Source of the DNA: Lytechinus pictus
Lineage: Eukaryota
NCBI RefSeq assembly: GCF_037042905.1
Contig: NC_087245.1
Location: forward strand, 38,254,001-38,318,000
Length of the DNA stretch: 64,000 nucleotides
Direction of reading: 5' to 3'
Position numbers and translations under genes: made by a program. Below, piece after piece: positions 59,004-64,000 of this stretch (its first letter is position 1; every line of letters begins with the position of its first letter). The notes beneath the pieces are model-generated. The model ran no database searches and was not told the origin of the DNA. It saw only the letters and a list, made by a program, of their open reading frames with translations.

Positions 59004-61055
59004 TGAAACTTGCAAAGTTGAGGGTTTTGTGATTAATTAATGATAAATTGTGATCAGTTTGTTGTGTGATAAAATTTCATGAGTTATTGAATTGTAATTT
59101 TCAATGCATGACTGATCATGAATTGCAATTTTTAGTGCAGCATTTTGACTTTATCTTGTGGATCTCAGCAATGTGTTCATGAGAGTCAGGAGAATAAGAG
59201 GAAAGATAGGACTTAAGTAGGTGTCAATAGAACATTTAGCCACCCCTTGCTCCATCTCCTCTACCCCCCCCCCCCCACTTCTCTCCTCCTGAGAGACTAA
59301 GCTTAGCTAGGCTGGGCAGGAATTAGCTATAGCCTTCCAGTATTTTGAGAGGTTAGTCATTTGGAACTTGCAAAGCTAAGGGTGTTATGCTAAATTAATG
59401 AGATAAGTTTTGCTTTCTTAGGCAAATTTCATGAGTTACTCAATCATAATTTAATCCATGAATGAACAGGAATTGTAAATATAGTGTAGCATTTTAAGTT
59501 TATCTTGCGGACCTCTGCTGTGTGTTCGTGAGAGTCAGATGTGATGGTACCTGTTACAAGCAAGAGGGCGAGATATGGTAAGACTTGGTTAATATGGCAT
59601 TCCTCTACTTTTTGTCCTTTTACAAATTACAAGTCATAATATGTACCCCCTCCATTTTCATTTCCCCGCCCCCCCCTCTCTCTCTCTGTCTAACTCCCTG
59701 ATTGTAGCCTTATCAAAACTTTACTGCCAAACGACCGGCGGCTGATGTTCAGGTTTTTTTTCATTGAATGATTACCAAGAAATTGACTGATTATGAGGAT
59801 TTATGAAGTAATTTATTGAAAAACTTGATTGATCACATTGCACATTGAATGAGTTGATTTATTGATAAATTGTTGATTAAATGATTGATAGGTAAAAGTT
59901 AATTTTTTTATGCCCCAATTCAGAATTTATCATTAAATCAACATTCTGCTCTGGACTTGATGCGTACATGATTGTAATAGCAATCAGTACAATGTATCTC
60001 AAAAGGAGGGGAGGGCGGGAGAGAGGGAGGGGGGGGGGTCGATCATGATGTAACCCTTATTCCATCAACCTACTGACTTCTCCCACTTGAAAGCATTGCT
60101 GTGATCCACATGATAAAGTTTAAATGATTTGTGTTCACTCGATCATGCATTAAGATTCAAGTAATAATTTGCTTAAACAATCAAAACAGGTCACGGTCGA
60201 TTAATCAATCACAACTTCCTTTAAAGGACAAGTCCACCCCAACAAAAAGTTGATTTGAATAAAAAGAGAAAAATTCAACAAGCATGACACTGAAAATTTC
60301 ATCAAAATCGGATGTAAAATAAGAAAGTTATGACATTTTAAAGTTTCGCTTTATTTCACAAAACAGTTATATGCACACCCTGGTTGGTGCAAATGAGGAG
60401 ACTATGACGTCATCCACTCACTATTTCTTTTGCCATTTTATTATATGAAATATGAAACATTCTAATTTTTCCTCATTGTCAAGTGCTACAATGATTAATT
60501 CCTCCCTGAACATGTGGAATTAGCATTGATTAATACTATATGGTTCAGTCAAGTTGGTCCTTATTGTCAGATCTATAAAAAATGAAATATTATAATTCAA
60601 ACAATAAAAAAACAAAAGAAATAGTGAGTGATGGACATCATCAACTGAGTCACCTAGTTGTGCATATCACTGTTTTGTGAAAAATAAGAGAAAGTTTAAA
60701 ATGTCATAACTTTCTTATTTTACATCCGATTTTGATGAATTTTTCAGCACTATGCTAGTTTGATTTTACTCCATTTATTTAAGTCAGCATTTTCCTGGGG
60801 TGGACTTGCCTGTGCAGGTTCCAAAGGATTTGCCTCTCAAAAACTGACAGAAATTGGAAGACTAATTCCGGCCCAGCCTAATTTTCATACCATTTGTTTC
60901 AGTGGGCAGTGCTCGCTCAAGCATGAATAGTTTTCCAACTTATTTAGTGTCATTTGAAAGTTGACTTTATTGGCTTCCATATTTATGTAGGTATTTTCCC
61001 CCCAAATTATTTGGCAGTCATTTCAAAAGTTTATAGCTTTTATTGGGACGTTGTG
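58763..61055. mobile_element. Non-autonomous Tc1/mariner-like element with ~170-200-bp TIRs
   Basis: TA|CAGTGCGTCCC left end; 58763-58930 is the reverse complement of ~60895-61055; right end decayed. Confidence 0.65.
60225..60811. mobile_element. TTAA MITE family B (opposite orientation), nested in a Tc1-like element
   Basis: ttaa|aggacaagtccacccc start; right end degenerate. Confidence 0.8.
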
Positions 61056-61171
61056 CAAACCCTTCACTCGAGTTAAGAGTCTAAATGTGCAGCCTACTCA
61101 TACCTTGTGTACTGAAGGCCGTCTCGCTCAGGAAACAGCAAGTTTTGTATGTGCTAGTCTTTGTATGGAGA

Positions 61172-61270
61172 CAGGGACCTGGGAACGATTTTTTCAGTGG
61201 GGGTGCTGAAATCTCTCCTCAGAGGTGGGGAGGGGGGGGGGGGACAGACACAATTGAGTTTAACATTATT

Positions 61271-61319
<49 letters not shown>

Positions 61320-63412
61320 TACATATATATGACAGTCACTTCTTGGCTTTCTTCTTATAAAAGAACATATATATATAATTAGATAATTCGAGCGCGAAGC
61401 GCGAGCTATTTTTTGTGGAAATTTCATGTATTTTGTCCTGAAAATTGAACATTTTGAGCAATGTTTGTGGTCCAAGATGCGTATGTAACAAATAATAATT
61501 GTGAGCGTGAGCAGATATTTTTTTATATACGCTCTGGCCTGATCGAAAGGGACGTGTTATAAGGACTGTTTTACAGTTACCCATGAAGACGATACATATA
61601 TCAACAATCAAATAATGCGAGCGCGAAGCGCGAGCTGAAAAATTTGACATTCCGACCTAAATACTGGACATTCTAAGCACGTTTTTTTATTATGAGCAGG
61701 ATAGGTATATTTACAATTGATGCGAGCGCGAAGCGCGAGCGGAAACAAAATTGAGATTTCAGACCAAAAAAACGAGAGATTCTAAGTACTTTTCTAATCA
61801 TGATGAGTATAGGTATAAAACTATACAATCGATGCAAGCGCGAAGCGCGAGCGGAAATAAAAATGAGATTTCAAACCTAAAAACGAGACATCAGTGCACT
61901 TTTCTAATCATGAACAGGATAGGTTTGTAACTATACAATTGATGCGAGCGCAAAGCGCGAGCGGAAACAAAATTGAGATTTCAGACCTGAAATGTAAATC
62001 AAGAAAATGATGGGTAATTGGATATATTCTTAAATTAATAATGTGAGCGCGAAGTGCGAGCAGAAAATTTTCAATATTCTGATCTGAAACTCCACACTGA
62101 ATGTAAAATGGTTTGAACAGATAAAGAATACTCAGACGAACATAAGAATAAAGATTTGATCAAAATCAGACAAGGAATCACAGTTATTGCATTTTAAAGA
62201 TTAGCATTATTCCCCACTTGTTCTTTTGTATTTAATTATATAAAATTAGATTTATTCAATATTTTCCTTTCAAGAACCAAAACAGTTGAATTGACAACTG
62301 ATTTAGTCCATTAGATATTCTTTGTTGCAACTTATTCCATAAGGGAGATATATCATTCATTCTGGTATGAAAAAAATGAAACAATTTTGATTCCACAAGG
62401 AACAGCTAGGATAGTGGGGATGTGACAGCAATGATCAGCCCACCTATTAAATATTCATGACGACATGCATATCACCATTTTCATAAAATATTGCTAAACT
62501 TTAGAATTAAATAACTTAAGTAATCGTTATCAGATTTTGATAAAATTTATTTATTTTGATAAAATGTATTTGATATAAATATTTTCAGCCCGGAGTACAC
62601 CCCCCCCCCAATCAAGCTGCGTATCTGAATAAAACATGCATGCGCGTGTTTAGAGTTAGACCTATAGTATCTGGGCATTCTAAATACATTTTTTATGATA
62701 AAAATAAATAATGCGAGCGCGAAGCGCGAGCAGAAAACATTTGATATTCCGATCTGAAAGAGGGTGAATTTAAACACTATTTCAAGTAATGTGTCGGAAA
62801 ATTCTGAAGGGGGGGGGGTCTACAAAACGTCGTTCATTTTCATTACATATCTGTCATTTATCATACCTACCACTAGATTTCTAGGAGATGCGCTGCCTAT
62901 ATATATGGAAAATAACACACGCAGCACCCCCAAATTTTGGGGGTGCTTCACCCCGAACACCCCCGATTCCCAGCCCGTAGGGCCATGGGACAGGGCGAAA
63001 AAGACTGTGAAATTTGATTTCTATTACTTGTAATTTTTGTATACAATACACGGGCGGTCGGGCGCGCGCTCACTAAATTGATTCGACATAAAACCTGGAA
63101 GTTTCAAGTCCAACCACCCCAGTTTGTATCACGTATTGCGCGCGACTACGTCTGTATCGGAGTGCTGCCCCGCTGGAGCTTGATTGAGTCGCGTTATATA
63201 GGAGGGATGTTATTGGAATATGTGAAAGACTATGTAAATGATTTGCGATTGTCTGATGTGATAATTATGTACATTATAACATATAAAAAAAAATACAGGG
63301 GGAACCTGATTTCGTGGGGGTGCTGCCTATGGAAAATAATACACGCAGCACCCCCAGGATAATTTCTGGGGGTGCTTCAGCACCCCCAGCACCCCCGCTT
63401 CTCAGGTCCCTG
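61172..63412. mobile_element. Composite non-autonomous hAT-type element just upstream of AIG1
   Basis: 8-bp TSD TATGGAGA (61164-71, 63413-20); TIR cagggacctg / caggtccctg; internal GCGCGAAGCGC arrays. Confidence 0.85.
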
Positions 63413-63572
63413 TATGGAGACAGCACACTTGTTGATCAAAGTCACAGGGTCTGTGCTTGCAGCAGACGTCCTAGCCCAGATCAACGGGGACAAATGGCCC
63501 TCTACGTTAATTTAGAGTGCACCTTCCTCTAATCTTATTTTACCGAGTTGTTATTATTATTAAAAGGCAATA

Positions 63573-63725
63573 ATGAGCTCTCAAGTTCTTGCAACAATTT
63601 TCCATTTTGTGGCTTTTGCGTATTACTGCTACGTCTACGCATATTACAAGATGGAAGTTGATTTGAAACTCCCACATCATAACTCGTTTGGGGGAGATCT
63701 CAAGTTTCTTACTGTCTGGTGTACG
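63573..63725 (+). CDS. AIG1: AIG1/ADTRP (FAR-17a) family membrane threonine hydrolase, first coding exon; gene continues beyond the window
   Basis: MSSQVLATIFHFVAFAYYCYVYAYY...SFGGDLKFLTVWCT matches the family motif GGxxKFLT containing the catalytic Thr; strong donor ACG|gtaagt, phase 0. Confidence 0.85.
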
Positions 63726-64000
63726 GTAAGTTTACCTGTTCCCACCCATGCTTTTCCATGTCGGGCCATTTGATTTATTGTGGAAAAGAATGTCATCAAG
63801 CTCGACCATCGACCACACACTAGTGGCGTAGCTACGGGGGGGGGGGGGGGGGGGGGCACGTGCCTCCTTGGATTTGGTGTGCTCCCCCAGGGCCCAGGTG
63901 CTCCCCTGAAAAAAATTGGCACAGAAAAAAAGGGGGGAGAAAGAAGGAAGAAAAAAGAAGAAATTTTTATATTAGAACTTAGAAAATAGCACTCATTCAA

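Overview
Eukaryotic, AT-rich, repeat-dense genomic DNA. The repeat types suggest a marine invertebrate, probably a sea urchin (inference). Three host genes were reconstructed by hand from GT-AG exons. TSEN34 (minus strand, 6 coding exons, 15373->6321, 453 aa) keeps the Tyr/His/Lys triad and has a long acidic linker. A single YTHDF m6A reader (minus, 5 coding exons, 38481->25295, 665 aa) probably has a ~5 kb 3'UTR. The first coding exon of an AIG1/ADTRP-family hydrolase lies at 63573-63725 (plus). Between YTHDF and AIG1 is an intact, very young CsRN1-clade Ty3/Gypsy LTR retrotransposon (44542-51871): ATGG TSD, tRNA-Trp PBS, CHCC Gag, -1 frameshift site with a predicted pseudoknot. A still younger 8-bp-TSD DNA element splits its 5' LTR. 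The rest is nested non-autonomous elements: hAT-type, TTAA/Kolobok-type, Harbinger-type, Tc1-like, Helentron-associated, two tRNA-derived SINEs and a LINE remnant. The most unusual signals are: (i) 25 copies of TACATGTA in 6.3 kb of YTHDF introns and none seen in the intergenic half, with one copy visibly created as TA->TACATGTA inside a MITE, matching a Tc1-type excision footprint; (ii) a second, spatially separate TAGGCCTA class; (iii) ~110-bp-periodic arrays of GCGC-GAA-GCGC mini-hairpins inside DNA elements; (iv) a perfect Runx/GATA palindrome delivered into the LTR. All counts and alignments were done by eye.
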